Shown piece after piece: positions 1 to 9,983 of a stretch of 64,000 nucleotides of DNA. Each line of letters starts with the position of its first letter. The first letter of the stretch is position 1. The notes below the pieces were generated by a model that saw only the letters and a program-made list of their open reading frames with translations, was not told the DNA's origin and did not search any database. Position numbers and translations under genes: made by a program. The stretch is taken from the NCBI RefSeq assembly GCF_009914755.1, contig NC_060934.1, one strand, 5' to 3'. This DNA comes from the human T2T-CHM13v2.0 reference genome, Homo sapiens.

Positions 1-391
1 CTGGAGAGGTGACGCCGCTGTCTGCCAACCTTTCCCAGCTTTTCCCACGATTGGAGCCAAGAGAGGTCCCCGGGGATCTCAGTTGGGCAATTGTAAGGGA
101 AGGAGCTCAGGACACTGACTTCAAGATGAAGGGGGAGGTCAGCGAAGACAGTTCTAGGGTGGGCGGCGGCCGCTGACAGAGCAGGAGCCACAGCCACCGG
201 GGCTTGGAGATAGGAGCAAGTCGCAGGCGGAGGGGGCTGCGGGCTGGCTGCCTGGGCAGCACAGGACTTGAGGGAGCTGCGGGGACTCCTGGAGTCTCAT
301 CAGGCCTTCCAGTCGCTGTGGGGACCCCGGCTGCGCGCGGATCGCCTGCGCCACTGTCCCCACTGACCCGCCCGCCGGGTTTGCCAATTAC

Positions 392-410
392 CAGCGCCAC
401 CTGGTCCCGC
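392..410 (-). promoter_or_regulatory. CTCF-like motif overlapping E-box CACCTG
   Basis: Minus strand reads GCGGGACCAGGTGGCGCTG. This matches the CCACCAGGTGGCGC core at 12/14 but lacks the conserved 5' C. Confidence 0.35.
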
Positions 411-487
411 ACCCAACCCCACATTTTCTCTGTCAAGGGCTTGTTTCCAGGGCTCCAGGAACTTTCAAAATGTTATTGGTGTGTGTC

Positions 488-524
488 GGGGGGGTGGGGG
501 GCGGGGGGGTTGTGTGGGGGCGGG
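488..524 (+). other. Predicted G-quadruplex (G7-T-G6-C-G7-N6-G5-C-G3)
   Basis: Five G-runs of 3-7 nt with short loops, read directly from the sequence. Confidence 0.7.
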
Positions 525-671
525 AGTGTAAAGGAGGAGGGAACTCTTCTTTTCTCTTTGTCTTTGTAAATGGACACCTCGATCTGATCTAGGGCATGGT
601 CTGAGTGTCCTATCTGGAGCATCCTAACCGAAGAACACTCCAGAGATGCAAGCCAGGTTTTCTACCTATGT

Positions 672-738
672 GGGGGGTGGGGGTGCCTCTATGTGTCGGG
701 GGCGGGTTGGGGGGCAGGGTGTGGGGGGAGTGCTGGGC
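672..738 (+). other. Second predicted G-quadruplex block
   Basis: Multiple runs of 3 or more G separated by short loops. Confidence 0.65.
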
Positions 739-1018
739 GCGCGCTTCTGTGGCAAACTTCTAATTCCTTTTCAGTTCTCAGAATCATAATATATCTCCAT
801 TTAATCAATGAAAGAATCATGCCAAAAATACAAATAACAATTACAATAAAATAACACTTCCAATTTCTAATATTCCGTAACTTTGTCTTTTCTTAGTACT
901 TACACGGTAACCTCACTGAAAATTTAATCCCTGTTTCTTTAACGGTGACACCGTGAAGATCAAGTAATTGCTTCTTATTGAAAATGACAAATTTCAGGTG
1001 GTATCTAAAAAAATTAGT

Positions 1019-1536
1019 TATGACAGATTGTATTTTTTGAAAATGGCTGCAACAATTTTATTCATTCTAAGTGCTGTACCTATCGCATGACTTTGATACT
1101 TTCCATAGACAGGCTGGGTCTATGTTCCTTTTTGTTGTTGTTGTTCTGGGAAGGCTGAGGCTATGATAGAAGTGACATTATGCAACTCCCGAGGTTAGCT
1201 GACCTAAGACAATACAAGTTCTGCCTGATTTTCTTTGAACACTTACTTTGGAATTCAGCCACCTTGTCACAAGGAAGAGGAACTGAAGCCCACACAACCT
1301 AGGCCCTGGCTGAGCTCCCAGCTGACAGCCAGTGTCAACTAGCCAGTCATGTGACTCAGCCATCCCAAATGCGTATTCTCAGTCCCCAGAAAAGCTGCCC
1401 CAATTGTTGCCATGTGAAACAGAGCAGAGCTGTTGCTGTCAGGTTCCGCCAAAATTGCAAATTCCTGAGCAAAATTAATTATTGTTCTAAATCATTAAAT
1501 TTGGAGCTGAAGTGTAACACTAATAAAAAACTGATA
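1019..1536 (+). mobile_element. ERVL-MaLR solo LTR (MLT1G/MLT1H-like)
   Basis: Starts tgacagattgtatttttt..aaaatggctgcaac. Internal gctgagctcccagctgacagccag and gccaaaattgcaaattcctgagcaaaat are MLT1 hallmarks. Confidence 0.75.
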
Positions 1537-2699
1537 TGCTTTATGTTACGCCCAGCTTCACAAAGTAGTGTTTTTCAACAATTCTCTTACCCAAAACTAA
1601 TGTGAATGGAAGAAGAGGAGGCTTCTCAGCTTTTGATATTGGGTGAAAGGAAGGATGAGAAAGTGTTACGTCTGTCATCAGAGGAGCCTGGGATGCGTGT
1701 GAGCTTCTTTGTTACCCTTGTCTAATGGCTTATTCTTGGAACCCAGGCCTGTACACTAGTATAAAACTGTTACCACCTGACTAGCTGTGGTCTCTAAATA
1801 AGAAAGTGGAACCAGAAAATCTTTCCCCATCCCTCTATCACAATTAATGACAGTTCTTTGTGGAAGCCCAGGACTGCCATTCCCCTTTCCTCTTTGAATG
1901 GGTATCAGAGATTTGCAGCACTATTTGCTTAAGGTTTTTTCTTCATGTTCTGCTAACCTCCTTTCACGGTCTGAATAAGTGAGTGGGAATTCCTCTAGGA
2001 TAGGAAAATATATTAAAAAGTCAAAATTTAAAGAGATACCTGTCAAAATATATGGCTGAAAATGACACGATGAAAAACAAAAAAAAAAAAAACAGTGAAT
2101 TTGAAAGCAGAGAAACAAAGCTGATTTTGAATGAACACTTAATTATCTAATCCTAAGCTATTATTGACCTTGCATAAGCTAGAAATGTTTTTCCAAAATA
2201 AAACATTTCCTGCACAACTTGGTGAAAACGTAGATGAATTTTTGTCTCTCCATAAAGATGAGACCTAATTTCCCAAACACACTTTCCCCAATTATTTCTT
2301 AAATGGGGTTTTTAAGATCAATTAAATGTCAATTTACTGACACCTAAAGATTTTTGATGCCTTATGCTAGTTATACATGTGAGGGAAATGTTCACGGATG
2401 TCTATTAAATTGGCTTCATTTTTTTTACATCATTACATTTAATTTTATGCATTTCTGCCACCCAATGACTTCTGTCAATGAGCAGAAGTGAAAATATCAC
2501 AAAATCTCCAAACCAATCCCATTGCCAAACATGAAGAAAGTGAGCTAGTCTAATTAAATGTGTTTTTGATCCATTGGCTTACTAAGTGCCCTCAACAAAC
2601 TTCAATGAACAGGCATTCAGTGGAAAAACCATTGATGTTATAAGTCCAGAAGTGAGCATAGTCATGTAATTTCTGTAATAAATCTGTCAATTATAAATG

Positions 2700-2931
2700 A
2701 GATTATATATTATATATATTATTTTTATTTCTATAAGGAAAATACATAAATTTATATATACATAAATTTGTTTATATATTTTATATATAAACATTTATAT
2801 ATAAATTAATAAAGTTTATATATAAACTAAAAATATATATTATATATAAATATTTGAATATAAATGTTTATATAAACATATTTTATATATAAAGATTTTA
2901 TATATATTATATAAACATTTATATACATATC

Positions 2932-2961
<30 letters not shown>
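2700..2961. repeat. (TA)n-rich low complexity followed by (CT)n microsatellite
   Basis: Direct inspection. Confidence 0.9.
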
Positions 2962-2962
<1 letters not shown>

Positions 2963-3009
2963 TAAAATCATTCCCTTTTTACCACCAGAATTGCCAGCAC
3001 TCTAGTTGA

Positions 3010-3120
3010 CGTTGTCATTTATTTCTATCTGGACAACCACAGGGCTGCCTATCACTGCACCCCCTGCCTCCACCATTACTCCTCTCCAATTCCTTTTCTA
3101 CCACACCATCTCCAGCATGG
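3010..3120 (+). mobile_element. L2 fragment
   Basis: tctatctggacaaccacagggctgcct..ccctgcctccaccattactcctctccaattcc..ccacac resembles the L2 3' region. Confidence 0.55.
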
Positions 3121-3271
3121 GTTTCATTAACTCAGCAGCACCACAGGACAATGGACACAGCATTAAAATAACAGAAATGTTATGTATACGTACTTTTCCC
3201 TAAAAAAAATAGAAATTTACTCTTATTATTGTTCTGTTACCTAATGATTTCATTTAATGACTTCAATCTTT

Positions 3272-3622
3272 CTTGAGTAAAATTTGTTGGAAGCCATTGT
3301 TTTGGACCAAGCTTCCATACTAGGCCCAACAGACCAAACAAAAATGGGCCCAATCAAGCTGAGCAGGCATGATAAGGATGTCCCCTCTGCTTTAACCCTT
3401 CTAAGGAAGGTAACCTGAAATAACCTGATGTTAACCAATCTACTTCTTTGTATTAAGCTGTTTCCTTGTTGCTGCTCAAGCTACCTTACAAAAACCAAAT
3501 GTTCTGCGATGTCCAGTACAATGCCTTTCTAATTTATAGATGAGATACTGCCCAATTCACACATCACAAATAAAGCCAATTAGATATTTAAACTCAATTT
3601 GTTGTAATTTGGTTCTTTAACA
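3272..3622 (+). mobile_element. ERV1 (MER4-group) solo LTR, LTR54-like
   Basis: gccattgttttggac..actaggcccaacagaccaaac at the 5' end; aataaagccaattagat..tttgttgtaattt..ttctttaaca (polyA signal, CA terminus) at the 3' end. Confidence 0.65.
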
Positions 3623-4709
3623 GTTCATATATAATTTAAAGCAAAAATGGAAGATCTACTATTTCAGTGAAGCATTTTAATTGGAGATAATCTGGGGAGA
3701 AAACATGTCTCCCAAATTTTATATAAGGATTTCTCAGTCATGGTTTTTTCTTACTTCTAATAAGATAGTCCCAACTAAAGCAAATTGAAGTTTTCATCAT
3801 ATATAATTGTTTTTTACAATTTTCAAAATAAAAAGTACAACATTTTTAAACTTGGAATGTCTGCATATAAATATATATTTGCTATATTATTTAGCAATTG
3901 GTTAAAAAGTGCTTTTTTCTCCTGAAGCCATTCATTTCATATCATCATTTTCAAGTGAAACTGAAAATATAACCTATGGATTACTATACTTATAATCTTT
4001 CTTTCCCCATCATTATTCTTTATGCTCCAGTGAACTCTTCCAGAGTCAAGTAAAAAGCTATAGTGACAATGATGTGCAAGATTATTTTGTGTTCGTCAAT
4101 TCAAATAAACTCCTCTCTAGTAAATAACAATGTACTTTGTTAGCAAGAATTAACATCTAGTAAGGACAAATGCTACACAATCACAAGCTGAGCTGATGAT
4201 ATTTTAAATATTAGTCTTTTAAAACAATCCATTATTTCTTTGACATGGTTTGAGCACATTCAGTGTCTTTACTCTCCCCAATGTTTTTGTCATTGGTTTC
4301 ATCTGAAACTCATCTGAAAAACAATACACTGTCTCACACCAGTACCCATTAAAAACCAATAATTTTGTGAATTACTGAAGAAACACTGTCTTAATTATGG
4401 GATATATGATTTAGTGCAAGATGAAGCCAAATTTACTCAGTAAGAATAGACTGAATTATAAGAAGGAGAGAAAAACAAAAGGAAAGTTATGTTACCTAGT
4501 ACCCACACTGTAGTATGGTATTACATGAATAGTGACCATGTTACTTATTTGATCGTTGTTGTTTCAACACAATAGCAAATTAAAATGGTAATTTTTTCCT
4601 TTAGATACTTTGTGCAATCAGATTTGTTTATAAAACACAATTTAAAATAACTCAAAGTGCATATCAGAGAGTCTGGACATAATGCCCCAATAATTATGTT
4701 ATTAGTTGT

Positions 4710-4795
4710 AGAAGCAGTATTGCACAGTGGTTAAGCACATATTGTCAGAAACACTACATAGGTTCAAAGCTTTCCTCTTCCACTAACTTATTAGG
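4710..4795 (+). mobile_element. MIR fragment
   Basis: gcagtattgcacagtggttaagcac..ggttcaaa..ccactaact (MIR 5' tRNA-like part). Confidence 0.55.
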
Positions 4796-4819
4796 AGAAA
4801 TTCATTTAGAGATATGTGT

Positions 4820-5478
4820 CCATAAAGCAGCAAAAGAGATGTTTTAAACATAAAATGTGTCATGCTACAGCTTTGCTGAAAACCTTTCAATAAATTCCTA
4901 TTCCACACAATGAAATCCAAGAACCTTACAATGGTCTATGGGATATTGAATGGACTGAACCCTGATTACATCTTCAAAGACATTTACATGATATTTCCTC
5001 CTCTCACAGTGTACCTCAGGCTCCCTGGTCTATCAGTTCCTTCAACGTGCCCAGCATTTTTCCCTTCTCATTACATTTGCACATATGGTTCACCTACTTG
5101 GATGCTTTTACCCACATCCTTTACACAGCTGTCTCTTATCTGTTAAGCTGATCACTTAACAGATGAGAGACATAGTATAGTCTCATAGTATAAAAGATGA
5201 GAGACATAGTATAGAGATGTATAGTAAGTGTCCCCTTCTTATTGATACCATTTCTAACAAACTAGATAATATAAATCACTATTTTCTATGTAAATACCTT
5301 ATTACTTATTTATAGATTTTATTAAAATATGCAATTATTTTATTTGACTCTGTGTTTTGTTTGTCTTCCATCCAGATGGAAACCTTTTGAGAAGAGAGAC
5401 CAGGACTGCTTGATCTTAAATTCCCTCTCAGTGTCTGGCTCCCTGTGGTGGTCACTAAATAATGGCTGGCTAAGTGAT
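4820..5478 (+). mobile_element. L2a 3' end
   Basis: aaaacctttcaataaattcc..aaatccaagaaccttacaatgg.. ending in a decayed gtgcctggcacatagtagg..aataaat terminus. Confidence 0.65.
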
Positions 5479-5514
5479 AGCTCTATAACAGCTCTATCTA
5501 AATATTACCACGCA

Positions 5515-5760
5515 ATATTTATCACATGTTCACTATGTACCAGGAATTTGCTACATATTCTACAGGTATTATCTCATTCATTTTTATAAAAATCTAAAAA
5601 TTATTATGGTTTAAGTAATACTATAAAATATTATTAGTCATATAATAGTACTTATGTACTACTAATTTAAGTAATTGCCCTGGTCACATAGTTGCTTAGT
5701 GAAGAAGGCAGGGTTTGAACCCTGGAAGTCTTTCTCACAATGCATATATAACTATTATTA
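5515..5760 (-). mobile_element. MIR
   Basis: cactatgtaccagg..attatctcattcat..aagtaattgccctggtcacatag..gggtttgaaccc. Confidence 0.6.
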
Positions 5761-6725
5761 TCAGATAACAACTATTGGTTGGTTATTATTTCTAACTCCT
5801 TTGATAAGTATTTTGTGTCATTTTTAGTTACTCTGTACAAACAGATCTGGTTGTACAAAGTGTTCAAAGGAAAAAGAAAAGTGCCATATCAATTTGCTCT
5901 TGTGTTGAAAGGACAATAATCAAATAAATAACATGGTCACTGTTCATGTAACCCTATGGTGCGGGCACTAGGTAGCATCATTCTCATTTTGTTTTCCTTC
6001 CTCTTCGTATAGACTTTTTATACTTGATGGGTAATTTGGCTTCATCTTGCACTTAATTACATAACATGTCTTCTAATAAGAACAATGTTATTATTAAAAT
6101 TAACAAAATAATTGGTTCCTAATGGGTATCAAAGAGAAAAAGTGTCTTGTATTTCAGATCAGTTAAGAAAAAAAAAATCGTAGAAAACTGGGGAGAAAAA
6201 GGACACTCAATGTGCTCAAACCATGCCAAATAGAGGATTTTTTTAGGAGTATTCTTTAAGGTACTAAAGCACTACTTGTGATTATGTATACACTGGTCCT
6301 TTTTGTAGATATCACTGGATGTTTCTCCTTGCTAATAAAACAGCTTGTCATTTACTAGTTTGGGGGTTATTTGAATTGACAAAGCACTAAATATCCTTGC
6401 TCATCACTGTCACTATATTTCTTCACTTGATTCTGGAAGAGCTTAATGGAGGAAAGGAAATAATGATGTGGAAGGGAAGATTACCAGTGAAATGATCTGT
6501 AAACTGTGTTTTCAGTTTTCATTAATAATGATGGTTAAAAAAGGCTTTAAAAAACTACCTTTTTTCTAATTGGCAAATAATGGGGCAAATACATATTAAT
6601 ATGAAGAGTTTCTAACTTAAATAAAGGACATATTCTTTAAACATTTTTTAATGTAAAGAACAACCATTTATGCCTAAATTTTTAATTTAGTGTAGAGAGT
6701 ATCACCTGATTAAAAATTATAATTG

Positions 6726-8299
6726 TGTAGGATCATGGTGGATAGGAGGCAGGACTAGACTGCAGCTCCCACTCAGACACAGCAGAGTATGGAGGCTCGC
6801 ATCATGAACTTTTGCTTCAGAATGACTGCAGACATACATTAGGAAAGCTGAGAGAACCCACAGACCCTCTGAAGGAAGCCGATTGCTCTTGCAGGACCTG
6901 GAAGACAACCCAAATACTGTGAGGGCCCAAGCTGTGGAAGTGGGAAAGGGAGATTGTCTGCCCAGGAACACACACCTGCACTAGGGAACCTAAAGTTCTA
7001 GATTATGGGAGAAGATTCTTACTTTACCTGGAACTGAGTCCAGGTAGAGAGCCAAGTGTAATACAGGGTAGAGGAAGCAGCAGGAAAAGCCCTGTGAGCT
7101 CACTAGGTTCACTAGCAAGCCATTTCTGCCTTGCCTCCCAGGGATCCAGGCTTGCTGGCTGGCTAGATCCAGAAGAAACATAACAATCACTACAGCTTGG
7201 CTCTCAGGAAGCCACATCCCTAGGAAAAGCAGGAGGGTACTACATCAAGGGAACACCCTGTGGGACAAAAGAATCTGAACTACAGCTTTGAGCCCTAGAC
7301 CTTCCCTCTGACAGAGCCTACACAAATGAGAAGGAAGCAGAAAATCAACTCTGGTAATATGACAAAATGAGGTTTTTTAACACCCCCAAAAAATCATCTA
7401 GCTCACCAGCAATGGATCCAAACCAGGAAGAAATCCCTGATTTACCTGAAAAAGAATTCAGAAGGTTGGTTATTAAGCTAATCAGGGAGGCAGCAGAGAA
7501 GGGCAAAACTCAGCTTAAGGAAATAAAAAAATAATACAAGAAGTGAAGGGAGAACTATTCAATGAAATAGCATAAATAAAAAAACAATAAAAACTTTAGG
7601 AAACAATGGATACATGTATAGAAATGCAAAATGCTCTGGAAAGTCTCAGCAGTAGAATCCAACAAGCAGAAGAAAGGACTTTAGAGCTCAAAGACAAGGT
7701 CTTCGAATTAACCCAATCCAACAAAGGCAAAGAAAAAAGAATAAGAAAATATGAACAAAGCCTCCAAGAAGTCTGGGATTATGTTAAATGACCAAACCTA
7801 AGAATAATCAGCATTCCTGAGGTAGAAGAGAAATCTAAAAATTAGGAAAATATATTTGGGGGAATAATTGAGGAAAACTTCTGTGGCCTTGCTTGAGACC
7901 TAGACATCCAAATACAAGAAGCACAAAGAGCACCTGGGAAATTCATTGCAAAAAAGATCATTGCCTAGGCACATTGTCATTAGGCTATCTAAAGTTAAGA
8001 CAAAGGAAAGAATCTTAAGAGCTGTGAGGCAAAAGCACCAGGTAACCTATAAAGGAAAACCTATAAGATTAACAGCAGATTTCTCAGCAGAAACACTATA
8101 AGCTAGAAGAGATTGGGGCCCTATCTTCAGCCTCCTCAAACAAAACAATCATCAGCCAAGAATTTTGTATCCAGCAAAACTAAGCTTCACAAATGAAGGA
8201 AAGACACAGTATTTTTCAGAAAAATGCTGAAAGAATTTGCCACTACCAAGCCAGCACTACAAGAACTGCTAAAAGGAGCTCTAAATACTGAAACAAATA
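6726..8299 (+). mobile_element. L1PB (L1PBa-type 5' end): internally deleted 5'UTR plus decayed ORF1, no ORF2 or 3'UTR
   Basis: gatcatggtggataggaggcaggactagactgcagctcccact 5' end. ORF1 remnant (ORF 7606-7791 ...KYEQSLQEVWDYVK) ends at gctctaaatactgaaacaaat. Confidence 0.9.
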
Positions 8300-8796
8300 A
8301 CAAATTATTATTGATTATTATCAATATCTACTTTGCTACAAGAACTGCTTCTCTAAGATCCATATAGCCATATCCTTGAGTATAAATCACATACTGAAAG
8401 GTATTAAAAGTAAAATTTCGAACAGGCATCAATATACAAATTAGGTTTTTCATAGTGAGGTTTCAAATCATCACAGGTCAATGATAAAAAGCAATCTTGT
8501 AAGTAAACTCTACAACTTTTGTATCTCTCAACTAAATAAAAGAATAAGTAATTAGTAAGTGAAAAGAAAAGAGTATTTTTAAAGAAATATTTAAGAAGTG
8601 TTTTTCCCTAAAAAGACTGTTGTGTTCTGATTCTCCCACCACCTTGCTGTTCTAACTGTTTCACCTCATCCCCAGTGAGAGAGGTCATCCTGGGTCTACT
8701 CAGAATAAATGCATCCTCTGTGGTGGGCATGACTCCTACCAAGGATGGAATAACAATCCAGACAGTGCTACTTCGTGAGACATCAAAATGAGGACT

Positions 8797-9155
8797 TGCT
8801 ATGGTTTGAATGTTCGCATTCCTTCAAAATTTATGTTGAAATATAATTCACAATGCAAGAGCATTAAGAAGTGAACCTGTAGAAGGTGATTCACACAGCA
8901 TTTGTTCTTCTTTTTTTTTTTTTTTCACCTTCCATCCCTTTCACCAGGTGAGAACACAACATTGATCTCCTCCAGGGGAGGTAGCAACAAGGCACTATCT
9001 TGGAAGCACAGAGAGAGCTCTCACCAGACACCAAGTCTGCCAGTGCCTTGATCTTAGACTTTCCAGCCTCCAGAACAGTGAGAAATAAATTTCTATTATT
9101 TAAAAACTTTCTACTCTGTGATACTTTGTTATAGCAGCAGAAATGGACTAAGACA
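8797..9155 (+). mobile_element. MaLR solo LTR (MSTD-like)
   Basis: tgctatggtttgaatg ... ttgttatagcagcagaaatggactaagaca termini. Confidence 0.85.
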
Positions 9156-9744
9156 GGGCAATCAGCCTACCTCCAATAGTTAGTCAGGACAAGGGATATG
9201 TAGGTATATCTTACAAAGAGATGAGAATCACCAAAAATGAGAACCAATATGAGTTCATATTGGATCTTTTCCAAATCAGGTCACCACAAGAGATACACAA
9301 ATCCCAGTAGCAAAAACTAAAGGGGCTTTGCATTTCTAGCCATTGCATAATTTAGGGAAAAACATCATCCACAAAATGATTCATCTTCTTGTCCAAGGCA
9401 TGTGAACTAAAGTGGGAGAGTCCTATTAAGAAAGCCATAACAAGTCTCTGATAATACCACACCAAAGAATAAAAAAAAAAGAAAAAGAATCAGCTTAAAA
9501 CACCTCTGAGGCCCAGAGATTATAAAAACAGCTTATTACCATACCATTCAAATAATAGGCTTCACTTTTCTTTACTGTTGTATACTCTGCCTGCCCCAGC
9601 TCTGTAGGGGTCAGAATGTGCCCAGCAGGGTGAAGTTAGGGTAGAAAAATACAGATAAAAATTTAAGAAGAAGCTGATCATGCCCCCTTCCCTACTGCAG
9701 GCTTCCATTCTAAAGCAAGTTCTCATGGAGAGAAAAGAGAGGTG

Positions 9745-9983
9745 TTTTTCTTTTTAAATTTTATTTTAAGTTCAGGGTTACAAGAGCAGGTTTGCTACAT
9801 AGGTAAACGTGTGTCATGGGGGTTTGTGGTACAGATTATTTCATCACCCAGGTATTAAGCCTAGTATCCATTAGTTAGTTTTCCTGATCCTCTCCCTCCT
9901 CCCACTCCCCACCTTCTGAAAGGCCCTGCTAAGTGTTTTTCCGTTCTATGTGTGCATATGTTCTCATTGTTTAGCTTCCACTT
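9745..9983 (-). mobile_element. Older L1PA (L1PA13-16-like) 3'UTR fragment
   Basis: ttttattttaagttcagggttaca..caggtttgctacataggtaaacgtgtgtcatgggggtttg..gattatttcatcacccaggtattaagcc. Confidence 0.85.

Larger units (their letters stand above)
1..745. promoter_or_regulatory. CpG-island edge / promoter-like GC-rich region (gene not identified)
   Basis: GC- and CpG-rich (e.g. gcggcggccgc at ~163-173, gcgcgcgg 333-340, gcgcgcgc ~737-744), with an abrupt drop to AT-rich DNA after ~750. Contains GC-box-like GGGCGG/CCGCCC motifs, ATTGG (50-54) and CCAAT (385-389). Confidence 0.75.

Noticed and set aside
107-569. Overlapping 77-121 aa ORFs in the GC-rich region
   Set aside because: Pro/Gly/Arg/Ala-rich with no recognisable domain, and at least the two longest lack an ATG start. 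Open frames on both strands are expected in stop-poor CpG-island DNA.
1-745. Assigning the CpG island to a named gene
   Set aside because: No exon or UTR that I recognise lies in the window; a BLAT search is needed.
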